A stretch of DNA of 64,000 nt, taken from NCBI GenBank assembly GCA_037445065.1, contig JBBILD010000006.1, positions 137,187 to 201,186 on the forward strand. The letters run 5' to 3'. A program made the translations under genes and the position numbers. This DNA is from Myxococcales bacterium (lineage in GTDB: Bacteria; Desulfobacterota; Binatia; HRBIN30). The notes under the pieces were generated by a model. It had not been told where the DNA came from. It did no database searches and saw only the letters and a program-made list of their open reading frames with translations. This document shows, in pieces, positions 8,804-18,961 of the stretch. Position 1 is the first letter of the stretch. Each line of letters opens with the position of its first letter.

Positions 8804-10105
8804 TCAGCGCTTGCGCGGCCCTTGGCTAGCCCGGGGGCGACTGGGTTTACGACTGCGCGGTGGTTCCTTGGAGCATCGCCGGGCGATTCGCTGCATGAGA
8901 TCGAGGGCGTATACCAGTTCCGGGTACAGCAAGGGTTTCCCGCTGGTCAGGATGGCGCCGGCGAGCTGGCGCTCAGGGTCAGCCCAGCCAACGATGTTCG
9001 TAAATCCCAAGTGGCCAAAGGCATGCTCTGTGTCGAAGCCGTACAGGCTCAGGTAGCGCGCCCCTAACATGAAGCCGAGTGAGTAACGCAGGGGAAGGCC
9101 GAGGCTCAAATCAATTTCCCACCCGGTGTGCGGCAGCGTTGCGCGTCGAACCGTACGGCGGTCGAAGATGCGCTTGCCGTCGAGCGTGCCTCCATTCAGC
9201 AGGAGTTGGTAAAAACGGCTCAGTTCAAAGGCGGTGGTCACGATATTGCCAGCGGGTACAATCGCGCGCAAAAAGCGGGGATCGTTGGAGAGTTCGGTGG
9301 CGCTGCGCATGTCCATCCCGATGGCTTTGTGCAGCATGGTGGACAGCGGGGGCAACGGCGGCGGCCCGGTGAAGACGTTGTAAGCCACCTTCGGGATGTC
9401 CTTTTCCTCGACGCCATAATTGAGCCAGCGGAAGCCGAGAGGCTCTCGGATGTTGTGGGTAAGGAACGTGCGGATGTCGCTGCCCGTGATCCGGTGCACG
9501 ATTTCGCCGAGGATAAATCCGCCCGTCATTGCGTGGTACGCTGCCACTCTTCCCGCAGGCCACACCGGCCGCAAGTCGCACAAGATCTCGACAATCCGCT
9601 CCGGATGTTCGAGATGGTTCAGATCGAGGGCTTCCGGCGGCAGGTGAGGAATTCCGGCGCGGTGGGCGAGGACATGGCGGATGGTAATCCATTCCTTTCC
9701 GTGCCGGGCGAATTCGGGGATGTACTCACAAACCGGATCATCGAGGTGGATCAGGCGGCGCTCGTCCAGCATGTGGATCACCATGGCGGTCACCGCTTTG
9801 GACGCCGAAAAAATCGTAAATGGCGTGTCGAGGGTGCAGCGAACCTTCTTACCTTCCGCTGGGTCGTGTGGGCCGCCACCCCGCGCGTAGCCCAGTGCGC
9901 GATGGAGGAACACCTCGCCATGTCGCCGCAGGCAGATTTGCAGCGCGGGATGCAGGCCAGCGGCGAAGAAGCGCTCGGCTGCTTCCCAGATCTCCTCGAC
10001 CGCTTTGCGGTCTAGCCCCACGGCGCGGGGGTCCACTTCTTCTCCGCGCTCGGTAATCGCCGAGAGGTCCTCTGGTAGTGGACAACGCTCTACCAACCAG
10101 TTCAA
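8804..10105 (-). CDS. serine hydrolase, beta-lactamase class C / esterase family
   Basis: SxxK motif FSASKAVTA and the usual beta-lactamase-fold conservation. Confidence 0.85.
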   Translation of the reverse strand: MNWLVERCPLPEDLSAITERGEEVDPRAVGLDRKAVEEIWEAAERFFAAGLHPALQICLRRHGEVFLHRALGYARGGGPHDPAEGKKVRCTLDTPFTIFSASKAVTAMVIHMLDERRLIHLDDPVCEYIPEFARHGKEWITIRHVLAHRAGIPHLPPEALDLNHLEHPERIVEILCDLRPVWPAGRVAAYHAMTGGFILGEIVHRITGSDIRTFLTHNIREPLGFRWLNYGVEEKDIPKVAYNVFTGPPPLPPLSTMLHKAIGMDMRSATELSNDPRFLRAIVPAGNIVTTAFELSRFYQLLLNGGTLDGKRIFDRRTVRRATLPHTGWEIDLSLGLPLRYSLGFMLGARYLSLYGFDTEHAFGHLGFTNIVGWADPERQLAGAILTSGKPLLYPELVYALDLMQRIARRCSKEPPRSRKPSRPRASQGPRKR

Positions 10106-10155
10106 AGGTGCTTTTCCTTCCGCCAGCGCCTGGCCACTCCTTCCCTGTTGTTGGG

Positions 10156-10884
10156 TTAGGTGCCTAGCGGCTTCCTGGTTGCCTCAAGTGGAGAGGCGGC
10201 CCTCTCGACGGGCTGTGCAGGCTCGGCAAACAGATAACGCGAAATCAAGTCGGAAAGCGCAGCCACAACGGCCTCCACCTCCACGTCCGCCTCCCCTAAC
10301 ATCGCTCGGGAGGTGGTCCACTCCACCGCTGCGTGCAGGACGAAGGCAGCCGTACCAAAGTCGGTCACGCGCAGGCGACCCGCGCGCGCGAGGACCTCGA
10401 ACAACTGGATCATGGCGGCCTTGACTCGCTGCTCGATTGCCTCCACGGCCTTGCGAAACTCCGGGTCCTTGAAGTACCGCTCCCACAAGATCCGCTGCAG
10501 ACCAGGTTGGATGGTGCGCGAGTGGAACAGCGCGTCAATGAGCTGGCGCACACTCGCTTGCAGATCCGCCCCGAGCCAGAACTCCGGTTTGAGCCGCTCG
10601 ACTACCAGGTCGGCGATTTTTTGCGTGGTCTCGTCGAGCAGCTCGAGCAGAATGGACCGCTTGTCGGGGAAGTACCCGTATAACGTTCCGACCGCAATTC
10701 CTGCCCGCCGGGCAATGGCCGAAGTGGTCGTTTCATCGTACCCGCGGTGCTCGAAGCACCACACGGCCGCTTTCAGAATATCGTTCCGCGTCCGCTTGCT
10801 GCGCGCCTGTTGGGGCGTGCGCACGCGCGGCCGGCGTGCCCGCGCGCGCTGCCGCCCGAGCTGAAAGCGGCTTGGGTCGAGAAC
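10156..10884 (-). CDS. TetR/AcrR family transcriptional regulator
   Basis: HTH segment RNDILKAAVWCFEHRGYDETTTSAIARRAGIAVGTLYGYFPDK. The ORF extends to 11118, but the N-terminus is low-complexity and overlaps the divergent promoter. Start near 10884 is an estimate. Confidence 0.75.
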   Translation of the reverse strand, partial: VLDPSRFQLGRQRARARRPRVRTPQQARSKRTRNDILKAAVWCFEHRGYDETTTSAIARRAGIAVGTLYGYFPDKRSILLELLDETTQKIADLVVERLKPEFWLGADLQASVRQLIDALFHSRTIQPGLQRILWERYFKDPEFRKAVEAIEQRVKAAMIQLFEVLARAGRLRVTDFGTAAFVLHAAVEWTTSRAMLGEADVEVEAVVAALSDLISRYLFAEPAQPVERAASPLEATRKPLGT

Positions 10885-10940
10885 CTCCGAGCCGCGACCG
10901 CGGCTGCCAAAACTGGGCAACGTTCCACCCTCCCGAAAAT

Positions 10941-10992
10941 TTGAAATTGAGTTCACATTCCTATTGACTGCAGGGAGCGCGAGGCGTAATCT
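10941..10992 (+). promoter_or_regulatory. sigma70-like promoter and imperfect palindrome between the divergent TetR and diiron genes
   Basis: TTGACT (10964-10969), 17-bp spacer, TAATCT (10987-10992), about 38 nt upstream of ATG 11030. The imperfect inverted repeat TGAAATTGAGTTCA at 10943-10956 is a candidate TetR operator. Confidence 0.45.
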
Positions 10993-11029
10993 CCTGTGCC
11001 GCAAAACCTCAGCGAGGAAGGAGCGATCC

Positions 11030-12058
11030 ATGAGCCAAGCCGTGGCAGAGGTACTGCGGGAACGCCCGCAAAGCGAGCACCAGCCGAACGAGACCATGCG
11101 GGTGTCATATGACACCACATACGTTTGGAACTACGGTTCCGTCAAGGAAGGGCTGCGCGACCTGTACGAAAAGGCCAAGCGCGAGCAGTGGAACGGTAGC
11201 ACGCAGCTCAAGTGGGAGACGCCGGTAGACCCGGAGGCGGAACTCATCCCTGAACAGTACAATCCGCTCGAAGATTACGGGCCGTACAAGCGCCTTTCCC
11301 CGCGTCAGGTGCGTCACCTCCGCCACGCACAGATCTCCTGGCAGCTCTCCCAGTTCATGCACGGGGAGCAAGGCGCATTGATCGTTGCCTCCCAACTGGT
11401 GGCGGCGGCGCCGTGGACCGATGCGAAGTTTTACGCGGCAACGCAGACCATGGACGAGGCCCGGCACGTCGAGGTGTTTAGCCGCTACCTGCGCGAAAAA
11501 CTGGACTGGCAGTGGCCGATCAATCCCAACCTCAAGCACCTGTTGGACCTGATTATTTCCGATGCCCGCTGGGATATGAAGTACCTGGGCATGCAAATCT
11601 TGGTCGAAGGGCTGGCCATGGCTGCGTTCTCGAACATGTACCAACTGGCGCAAGAGCCGTTGATCAAAGAACTCGTCCATTACGTCATGCGCGACGAGTC
11701 GCGGCACGTGGCTTTTGGAGTGCTTTCCCTGAAGGGCTTTTACTTGGACATGCCGGAGAATGAGCGGCGAGACCGCGAGGACTTTGTCATCGAGGCGTGC
11801 CGGCTGATGCGCGATCGGTTGCTGGCGGAAGAGGTGACCGAGTACATCGGTTTTAACAAGCACGAAGTGCGGCAGATTGTGCTCGATTCACCCGTCATGC
11901 GTATGTTTCGGCAGGCCTTGTTCATGCGCATCGTGCCGAATATCAAAAAGCTCGGGTTGCTTACCCCCCACGTCCGGCGCGCCTTCGAGGAACTGGGGAT
12001 CATTCAGTTCGAGGACGTGGATCCCGAGGAGCAGGACCGGGCCATTGGCCTGGCTTAG
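11030..12058 (+). CDS. ferritin-like diiron-carboxylate oxygenase/desaturase family protein
   Basis: Two ExxH iron-ligand motifs, MDEARHVE and MRDESRHVA. GGAAGGAG RBS 7 nt upstream of ATG 11030; the tracked ORF starts earlier at 10964. Confidence 0.7.
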   Translation: MSQAVAEVLRERPQSEHQPNETMRVSYDTTYVWNYGSVKEGLRDLYEKAKREQWNGSTQLKWETPVDPEAELIPEQYNPLEDYGPYKRLSPRQVRHLRHAQISWQLSQFMHGEQGALIVASQLVAAAPWTDAKFYAATQTMDEARHVEVFSRYLREKLDWQWPINPNLKHLLDLIISDARWDMKYLGMQILVEGLAMAAFSNMYQLAQEPLIKELVHYVMRDESRHVAFGVLSLKGFYLDMPENERRDREDFVIEACRLMRDRLLAEEVTEYIGFNKHEVRQIVLDSPVMRMFRQALFMRIVPNIKKLGLLTPHVRRAFEELGIIQFEDVDPEEQDRAIGLA

Positions 12059-12432
12059 GCCAACCCCTCCCTCCCATGGCCGAACGCGGGCCGGTCGTGC
12101 AGCGGCGCGGCCGGCCCGCTGTTTTCTAGCCCGAGGCGTTCCGGAGGGCAGGTTGGTGCTTGGCTACTCGAGCCCGTGGCTCGCAATGCATGGCTCGTAC
12201 GAAAGAAGGGCCACTCGAGTGCGCTGGCCCTTTGCGTCGCGCCCATGCCGGGCAGACCATCCAATGAGGCTGATGACTGTGGCTCGCCGTGGCGGGAGCG
12301 CGGGCGATCGGAGACGGGGCTACCACTGGACAACGAAGTGGCGCGGGAGAGCGAAAAAGCCGTTCGCATTCGCTTGCTGAGTACGCTAGGTTTCGGGCAC
12401 TTTTTCACTCTATACGAGGAGTTGGACTGGTT

Positions 12433-14307
12433 ATGGCAACCGCGAAGACATCACGTTCGGTGCAGCGGACCGCGGCGCAGAAGTATCGGCCGGAAGCCCA
12501 CGAAGTAGCGCCCCACCCCAGGGCAGGCGTGGAGATGACCAATGCGGATGCGATTGTGCAGGTACTCGCCGACGAGGGTGTGGATACGGTTTTCGGCTAT
12601 AGTGGTGGCGCCATTTTGCCCACGTACGACGCGATCTTTCGTTACAACGAGGCCAACAAGGATCGCGAGATCCGACTCATCGTTCCGGCGACCGAGCAAG
12701 GTGCCGGTTTCATGGCGGCGGGCTATGCCCGCTCGAGCGGCCGGGTTGGAGTGTTTATCGTGACCTCCGGTCCTGGTGCCACGAATTCAGTGACGCCGAT
12801 CCGCGACTGCCAGGCTGACTCGGTGCCGGTGGTGCTGATCACGGGACAAGTGCCGCGTGTGGCCATGGGTACGGATGCGTTTCAAGAAGCACCTGTGTTC
12901 AACATCATGGCCGCCTGCGCCAAGCACGTGTTTCTCGTCACGGACGAAACAAAAGTCGAAGAAACGATCCGTACTGCCTTCCGCATTGCCCTGAGTGGGC
13001 GTCCGGGTCCGGTGGTAGTGGATATACCGCGCGATGTGCAACTGGCGAAGACCAGCTACCGCGGCCACGGGCGGTTGCGCTTACGTGGCTACGATGAACG
13101 GCTCGCTGCTCTCGAGCGTTCGACCCTGTCGCCGCGGGATGCCGAGGAGTTTTTCCGTTTGCTCGGCAATGCCGAGCGGCCCTTGCTGTACGTGGGTGGT
13201 GGGATCATCCACTCGAATGCGGCACCTGAGCTGCGCGCTTTTGTGGAGCGCTTCGGAATCCCGGTCGTCACCACCCTCATGGGTATCGGCGCCTATGACA
13301 CCAGCGCCGAGCTGTCGTTACGCATGCTGGGCATGCACGGCACTGCGTACGCGAATTATGCAGTGGAAGACTGCGATTTCTTGTTCGCCGTTGGTTCCCG
13401 CTTCGATGATCGTGTGGCGGGGAAGGTCAAGGAGTTCGCGCCCCACGCCAAAATCGCACATCTGGACATTGACGCTTCGGAAATCGGCAAAGTGAAAGCG
13501 GTGGATTGGGCGCATGTGGCCGACGCCAAACGCGGCTTGCAGCAACTATTGGAAGCCGGGCGGGACTTTAAAAAGGATTTCTCTCGCTGGCGAGCCTACA
13601 TCCTCGAACTCAAACGCAAGTATCCTCTCAATTGGAACCGAGAATCTCCCCTCATCCAGGCGGAGTACGTCCTTTCCACGCTGAACGAGCTCACCCGCGG
13701 CGAAGCGATCGTGACCACCGGTGTGGGCCAGCACCAGATGTGGGCGGCCCAGTACTTGGATTTTCACCGCCCCCGTACTTGGTTGACCTCTGGCAGCATG
13801 GGCACGATGGGATTCGGCCTGCCGGCAGCGGTGGGTGCACAGCTTGCAAATCCGGGTGCACTGGTGATCGATGTGGACGGCGACGGCAGCTTACGGATGA
13901 ACCTGGGTGAATTGGAAACCCTGACCACGTACGACATCCCGGTCAAAGTGCTGCTGCTGAACAACCTGGGCGATGGCATGGTGCGGCAGTGGCAGGACTT
14001 GTTTTACGCCAATCGGTACTCTGGCTCGGACAAGAGCTTGCACAAGAAGGACTTCGTTAAAGCTGCCGAGGCGGATGGCTTCGCCTTTGCCCGGCGCATT
14101 ACGCAGATTCCTGAGGTGCGCCCGGCACTGGAGGAGTTCATTCGTTTTCCAGGACCAGCGCTGCTCGAGGTCATGATCGACCAAAAGGCCCATGTGTACC
14201 CGATGGTCGGCCCCGGAATGGGATACAAGGACATGATTACCGGGAAATTCATCCCGAGCCGGGACAAAGGGCCGAAGACGACCGAGACACCGCCGGGTTA
14301 CTTTTGA
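12433..14307 (+). CDS. thiamine-diphosphate enzyme, acetolactate synthase large-subunit family
   Basis: Motifs VFGYSGGAILP, GFMAAGYARSSGRVGVFIVTSGPGATN, and the TPP-binding GDG...NN signature at the C-terminus. GAGGAG RBS precedes ATG 12433. Confidence 0.85.
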   Translation: MATAKTSRSVQRTAAQKYRPEAHEVAPHPRAGVEMTNADAIVQVLADEGVDTVFGYSGGAILPTYDAIFRYNEANKDREIRLIVPATEQGAGFMAAGYARSSGRVGVFIVTSGPGATNSVTPIRDCQADSVPVVLITGQVPRVAMGTDAFQEAPVFNIMAACAKHVFLVTDETKVEETIRTAFRIALSGRPGPVVVDIPRDVQLAKTSYRGHGRLRLRGYDERLAALERSTLSPRDAEEFFRLLGNAERPLLYVGGGIIHSNAAPELRAFVERFGIPVVTTLMGIGAYDTSAELSLRMLGMHGTAYANYAVEDCDFLFAVGSRFDDRVAGKVKEFAPHAKIAHLDIDASEIGKVKAVDWAHVADAKRGLQQLLEAGRDFKKDFSRWRAYILELKRKYPLNWNRESPLIQAEYVLSTLNELTRGEAIVTTGVGQHQMWAAQYLDFHRPRTWLTSGSMGTMGFGLPAAVGAQLANPGALVIDVDGDGSLRMNLGELETLTTYDIPVKVLLLNNLGDGMVRQWQDLFYANRYSGSDKSLHKKDFVKAAEADGFAFARRITQIPEVRPALEEFIRFPGPALLEVMIDQKAHVYPMVGPGMGYKDMITGKFIPSRDKGPKTTETPPGYF

Positions 14308-15695
14308 TCGCCGGTTGGGTTCCGCCGCTGCGCGGCGAGCCGGGCCAGCATTGTCGCGTGCACCTGTCGGGTAAGGGGGTATCTCTGCCCAGCGAGGATC
14401 GCGCACAGCAAGAACGTCGCGGGCGCGAGGCTCGTGAGCCATAAGATCACGTGGTCTACCTCGCGATCATTGGGTGCACCGGGCTGAAACCCCACAAGCT
14501 CGAGTACGCCGAAAACGATGGCGACTCCGAGTGCGCCGCCAAGCTTCCGCACGAAGGTAAAGAGCCCGTGGAACAGGCCCTCCCGGCGCTCCCCACTGCG
14601 CAGCTCTTCCTCGTCAATCACTTCTCCGAGCATGGACCACGGCATGACGTCTGCCGCCGCGTAGCCAACCCCGGCGATCGCCATGAGACAGAACATCAAC
14701 CACACTGGGGCGTCGCGTTCGACCAAGAGTAGGCTCAGTTGCACGATCAACCAAACGGTAGCTCCCGCCGCAAAAAGCGGCATCTTGTCGGTGTTGCGCG
14801 AGACTCTGAGCCAAGCGGGAAAGGCGACGACGACCGACGCCAGAAACAGCAGCATGCCGATCTCGAAGTGGCGGGACCGCCCCAGCCAGTGAGTGAAAAA
14901 CAAGATCAGTAAGGTGCTGACGGTGTCGATCGCCATGCGGCTGAAAAGAAACACCAACACCAGTTGCCGGAAGCTTGCGAGTGCGAAGGCGCTGCGCAGC
15001 CCCTTGAGAAGGCTGGTTTCATAACTCACCCGGTGCAGCTCGGGCCGCTCGAAGCTGACTTTGTAGACCGCAAACCAAGGGACTGCGAAGGCGGCCCCGA
15101 ACAAACAGGCAGCGGAGAGAAAGCCCGCCGAGCCTCCGCCAAAATACTCGGCCAGCGGGCGCAGGGCGATGGCTGCGAAAACACCGAGGATGGCTCCGGC
15201 CGCACGGAAGGTGTTGAGCGAGGTGCGGTCGTCATACGTGACCGCCATTTCTGGCTGTAACGCGAGGTAGGGAATGCTGAGCACGGTCATTGCGGTAGTC
15301 AGCAAGGAGTACATGCCGGCGTAGTAGGCGAAACGGGCCGCCTGCGATTCGAATCCTGGTTCGAGCCACAGCAGGGCAAAGCTGATCGCAAACGGCAGGG
15401 AGCCGATGAGAAAGTAGGGACGCCGGCGCCCGAGGCGCCAGCGCGTTCGGTCGGAAATGCGGCCCATGAGCGGATCGGTGATGGCATCAACGGTGCGCCC
15501 GACCAGGGGCACCAGTCCGGCCAGCGAGGGTCGCAGGCCAGCGACGTGCATGAGAAAGTAACCGGTAAAGACAAAGCTCAGCGCGTTGAGGGCAGCATTG
15601 ATCGTGAAGTCCCCGCTGGCATAGACCGCTCGTCGCCAGGCAGTCAGCACGGGCACCGGCTCGGGCCGAGAGCGATGCGCGGCGGGTTGCAGCAT
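14298..15695 (-). CDS. MFS transporter, GPH (glycoside-pentoside-hexuronide:cation symporter) family
   Basis: MFS_2 motif GRISDRTRWRLGRRRPYFLIG and 12 predicted TM segments. ATG at 15695 overlaps the stop of the upstream gene (TAATG). Confidence 0.8.
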   Translation of the reverse strand: MLQPAAHRSRPEPVPVLTAWRRAVYASGDFTINAALNALSFVFTGYFLMHVAGLRPSLAGLVPLVGRTVDAITDPLMGRISDRTRWRLGRRRPYFLIGSLPFAISFALLWLEPGFESQAARFAYYAGMYSLLTTAMTVLSIPYLALQPEMAVTYDDRTSLNTFRAAGAILGVFAAIALRPLAEYFGGGSAGFLSAACLFGAAFAVPWFAVYKVSFERPELHRVSYETSLLKGLRSAFALASFRQLVLVFLFSRMAIDTVSTLLILFFTHWLGRSRHFEIGMLLFLASVVVAFPAWLRVSRNTDKMPLFAAGATVWLIVQLSLLLVERDAPVWLMFCLMAIAGVGYAAADVMPWSMLGEVIDEEELRSGERREGLFHGLFTFVRKLGGALGVAIVFGVLELVGFQPGAPNDREVDHVILWLTSLAPATFLLCAILAGQRYPLTRQVHATMLARLAAQRRNPTGDQK

Positions 15696-18600
15696 TATCC
15701 GGCTAAGGGAGAGGCCGACTGCTCCGCCCAGCGGGCAAGGAACCTGAGGCCGAGGTTCTGCGCCGCCTGGCTGAGTTCGCTGGCAGAGAAGCCGGTTCGA
15801 TCGAAGTCGGCGCCAGCAACGGAACACAACAGGCGGGCGATGCTCGCGTGTAAGCTGCTCAGTTGTCCCCCCGCCCGGTGGCTCGTGATCTCTGTAAACT
15901 CCACCGCTTGCGTCGTGTCCCCGCTGCCTAAGAGCGCAGCGGTGATCACATGGCTGCCGAGAGAGAGGTTGTCGCTACCGCTCAAGAGCTGGGCGACATG
16001 GCTGCGGAGCATCGTAAGGGGGGATTGGGTCCCGAGTTTGCGCGCGGCCAGCACGGCGTAAGCGGCGTCGCGCAGCGAGCCCGCACTCGAGTCGAGGCCT
16101 GGTGCCATGTCCAAGGCCTGCTGGCACAGTTCCAACGCCGCTGCAAAGTCCCCCTCCTCGAACGCGATATGCCCTCGCAAACCCACCATCGCACTCGACA
16201 CTTTCCGATTTCCGGCACGCTGGGCGATCGCCTCCGTGGCGTGGCACTCCTCCCGCGCGGCAGCAAACCGCTCGGCAAAGAAAAGCACATGAGCGCGCAG
16301 CCAGCGTGTACCACAGTATAGGTCGGTGGCGGGATCGCGCTGGCCAGCCTCTTCGAGGAAACGGAGGGCTTGGTCCAGCGCCTGCAGGGATGCCGCGAAT
16401 CTTCCATCTCGCAAGCGCATGTACGCGGCGGCGCGAGCTGCGTCGCAAACTGTATTCACCTCGAGGTGGTCTTTCTGTTGGAGAGCTTCCGCAAAAACGC
16501 CTTCCACGCGTTCCAGTGCAGCAGCGAAGTCTTCCCGATAGCCCAGTCCGAGGGCCAGTCCATCGTAGATCGCCAGCACCGCCGCGGCGCTCGGCTCGCC
16601 CCACTGCCGTGCGATCTCAGTTGCCCGCGCGAAGATTTGGCGGTGGTCCCCGCCCGCCGCGCCGTAAATCACGTGCATGCGGGCTAGGCCTCTGACCGCC
16701 TGCAACGCAAGCCGGGCTGGCTGCTCGTTCGCCGCATGGGGCGCGGTCATTTCCCACGCCTTGCGATACAGGTCCGCAGCGACCTGGTACGAGGGTTCCT
16801 CCTCCGCGGCCTGGGCGGCACGCAGCAGGGAGCGAGCGGCGCGCGCGGGGTTGTCCGTGTGTGACGCGTGGTGGAGGAGTAGGGCGAGAGAGGAACGGTC
16901 CAGACCTTCCTGTTCTTCGAGCAACTGACTGGCTCGTTCGTGCAAGGCTTTTCGTTCTTTGAGGAGCAGTGTCGAGTACGCCACTTCTTGGGTGAGGCTC
17001 TCGCCGAAGCGGTATTCGTCGGCAGAGAAGACAAAGCGGCGGTGCAACACACCCCGCCGCTCGAGTTCCGCCAACTGCCGGTCCACCTCGATTCCCTCCT
17101 CGGTGAGCAGGCGGGCGAGCATACCGTGCGAGAACTCCCGGCCGAGAACCGACGCCACTTGTAGGGTGCGCTTGGCGGCGGGCGGTAAGCGGTCGATGCG
17201 CGCCACGATGACCTCTTGCACCGTGCTCGGCAAAGGCAACGCAGAGGCCAAAGCGGGCAGCACACCGCCTCCCTCGGCACTGTTTTCGAGGACGGAACGG
17301 GTAAGCTCTTCGGCAAGGAAGGGGTTGCCCTCTGCCTTTTGTAAGATTTGCTCGACTGCTTCTGTAGAAAGGCGCTCGCCGCCGATGCTGCGTACAATTG
17401 TACTCACGGCTTCGCGGCTCAAAGGGCCAAGCGGTACCAGGGTTTGCACGGCTGGGCTTTGCGGCGTGAACAGGAAATCGGGGCGGTGGCTGAGCCAGAA
17501 CAGCACGGGGCCCGAAGCTGCTTGCAGCGCTGCTTGCAACATTTCGAGAGAAGGGGGGTCGATCCAATGGAGGTCTTCGACAACCAAGACCACCGGGTGG
17601 CGGCGCAACTCAGCGCGCACGAGCTGCGAAACAGCCCCGAATGTGCCGAGTTTTCGTTTGCGCTCACTCAGCGGCTCCGGGAAAGACACCGGCAGCCCAA
17701 GAACCAGCTCGAGCCATGGCGTCTCAAGGAGCAGCGCCGGATCAAGTTCCTCGGCCTTCTGTTTCAGGCGGGCGCGCAAGGCCGGAGCCGGGGTGTCGGG
17801 TCCCGCCTCCAGATAGCGGCGCAACATTTTCGCCCACGGCACATAGGGAAGAAGTTGGGTAAATGGCGAGCCACGGGTCTCGAACCAGGCCAAATCGCGC
17901 TCGGCTAAGCGCTGGCGCAATTCGAACAGCAAGCGCGACTTGCCGCTGCCCGGCCCGCCGCTGACAACTATCAGTTGGGGTACGCCCCGATCGAGCGCGG
18001 CAAAGCAGGCGAGGAGTTGATCGAGATGTGCCTCGCGGCCAACAAATGGCGTCAAGCCGTAGCCAGCGTCCAGCTCGTGGATCTCCGACCCGGAGCGAGG
18101 CGAAGAGAGGGCTCCCAGCACCTCGTATGCTTCAACTGGCTCGCTTTTCCCCTTCGCCGGAAGCGCCCCAGCCGGGCGGCAGGAGAACACCCTCCGCACT
18201 GCACGGTAGGTGGCGGCACTGATGAGGATCGCACCCGGAGGGGCCAGCGATTCCAGTCGAGCTGCTGTGTGCGTTGTGTCGCCGATGGCACTGTAGTCCG
18301 CCTTCAATTCATTGCCCACGGCACCGACAACCGCAGGTCCAGAGTGTATGCCGATCCGAGCCTGCAATCGAATGCCGCGGCGAGCCCGCAACTCGCGATC
18401 GAGGCGGCCGAGCGCCGTTTGGATCTCGAGGGCGGCAAGCACCGCCCGCTGGGCATCGTTTTCGTGTGCAAGCGGAGCACCGAACAAGGCCATGAAGCCG
18501 TCCCCGGCAAGCTGGTTCACCATCCCTTCGAAGTGGTGCACGGCACGAATGGCGATTTCCAAATATTGGTCGAGAAGTTCGCGGAAATCCTCTGGATCGA

Positions 18601-18958
18601 GGCGTTCGGCTAAAGCTGTGGAGCCGACCAGATCACAGAACATCACGGTTACTTGCTTGCGCTCGGCGCGGGCAAAGTTGGGTGCAACTGGGCTCGAATT
18701 CGACGCCGCAGCGCCCCAAGGGGGATCGATCGGCGAGCTGGTAGCGGCGGCGTCGCTGCGCGCGGCCTCGGAAATTTGCTCTGCGGCCGGTGCAGGGGGA
18801 GATGCCTCGGAGATGGGCGAGCCGCAATCCGCGCAGAAGCGGTCCCCCGGCTCTGCCTCCGCTCCGCATCGTCCGCAGCGCAGTCCAAAAGAAGTCCCAC
18901 ACTGGGTGCAGAACGGCTTTTGCCGCCGCCGCGGCGCACCGCAGGAGGGACAGTTCAT
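15695..18958 (-). CDS. multidomain signalling protein: double zinc-ribbon, class III adenylate/guanylate cyclase, AAA/STAND ATPase, TPR-like C-terminus
   Basis: N-terminal CPSCG...CTQCG...CGRCG...CADCG. Cyclase domain VTVMFCDLVGST...LAGDGFMALFGAP. P-loop VSGGPGSGKS. Long helical repeat C-terminus. Confidence 0.9.
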   Translation of the reverse strand: MNCPSCGAPRRRQKPFCTQCGTSFGLRCGRCGAEAEPGDRFCADCGSPISEASPPAPAAEQISEAARSDAAATSSPIDPPWGAAASNSSPVAPNFARAERKQVTVMFCDLVGSTALAERLDPEDFRELLDQYLEIAIRAVHHFEGMVNQLAGDGFMALFGAPLAHENDAQRAVLAALEIQTALGRLDRELRARRGIRLQARIGIHSGPAVVGAVGNELKADYSAIGDTTHTAARLESLAPPGAILISAATYRAVRRVFSCRPAGALPAKGKSEPVEAYEVLGALSSPRSGSEIHELDAGYGLTPFVGREAHLDQLLACFAALDRGVPQLIVVSGGPGSGKSRLLFELRQRLAERDLAWFETRGSPFTQLLPYVPWAKMLRRYLEAGPDTPAPALRARLKQKAEELDPALLLETPWLELVLGLPVSFPEPLSERKRKLGTFGAVSQLVRAELRRHPVVLVVEDLHWIDPPSLEMLQAALQAASGPVLFWLSHRPDFLFTPQSPAVQTLVPLGPLSREAVSTIVRSIGGERLSTEAVEQILQKAEGNPFLAEELTRSVLENSAEGGGVLPALASALPLPSTVQEVIVARIDRLPPAAKRTLQVASVLGREFSHGMLARLLTEEGIEVDRQLAELERRGVLHRRFVFSADEYRFGESLTQEVAYSTLLLKERKALHERASQLLEEQEGLDRSSLALLLHHASHTDNPARAARSLLRAAQAAEEEPSYQVAADLYRKAWEMTAPHAANEQPARLALQAVRGLARMHVIYGAAGGDHRQIFARATEIARQWGEPSAAAVLAIYDGLALGLGYREDFAAALERVEGVFAEALQQKDHLEVNTVCDAARAAAYMRLRDGRFAASLQALDQALRFLEEAGQRDPATDLYCGTRWLRAHVLFFAERFAAAREECHATEAIAQRAGNRKVSSAMVGLRGHIAFEEGDFAAALELCQQALDMAPGLDSSAGSLRDAAYAVLAARKLGTQSPLTMLRSHVAQLLSGSDNLSLGSHVITAALLGSGDTTQAVEFTEITSHRAGGQLSSLHASIARLLCSVAGADFDRTGFSASELSQAAQNLGLRFLARWAEQSASPLAG

Positions 18959-18961
18959 CGC

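Noticed and set aside
9128-10015. 295-aa + strand ORF
   Set aside because: Antisense to the well-supported beta-lactamase-family gene. No recognisable domains.
15950-17908. Multiple 100-300-aa ORFs on both strands inside the cyclase-STAND gene
   Set aside because: All are nested in or antisense to a 1087-aa gene with clear domain architecture.
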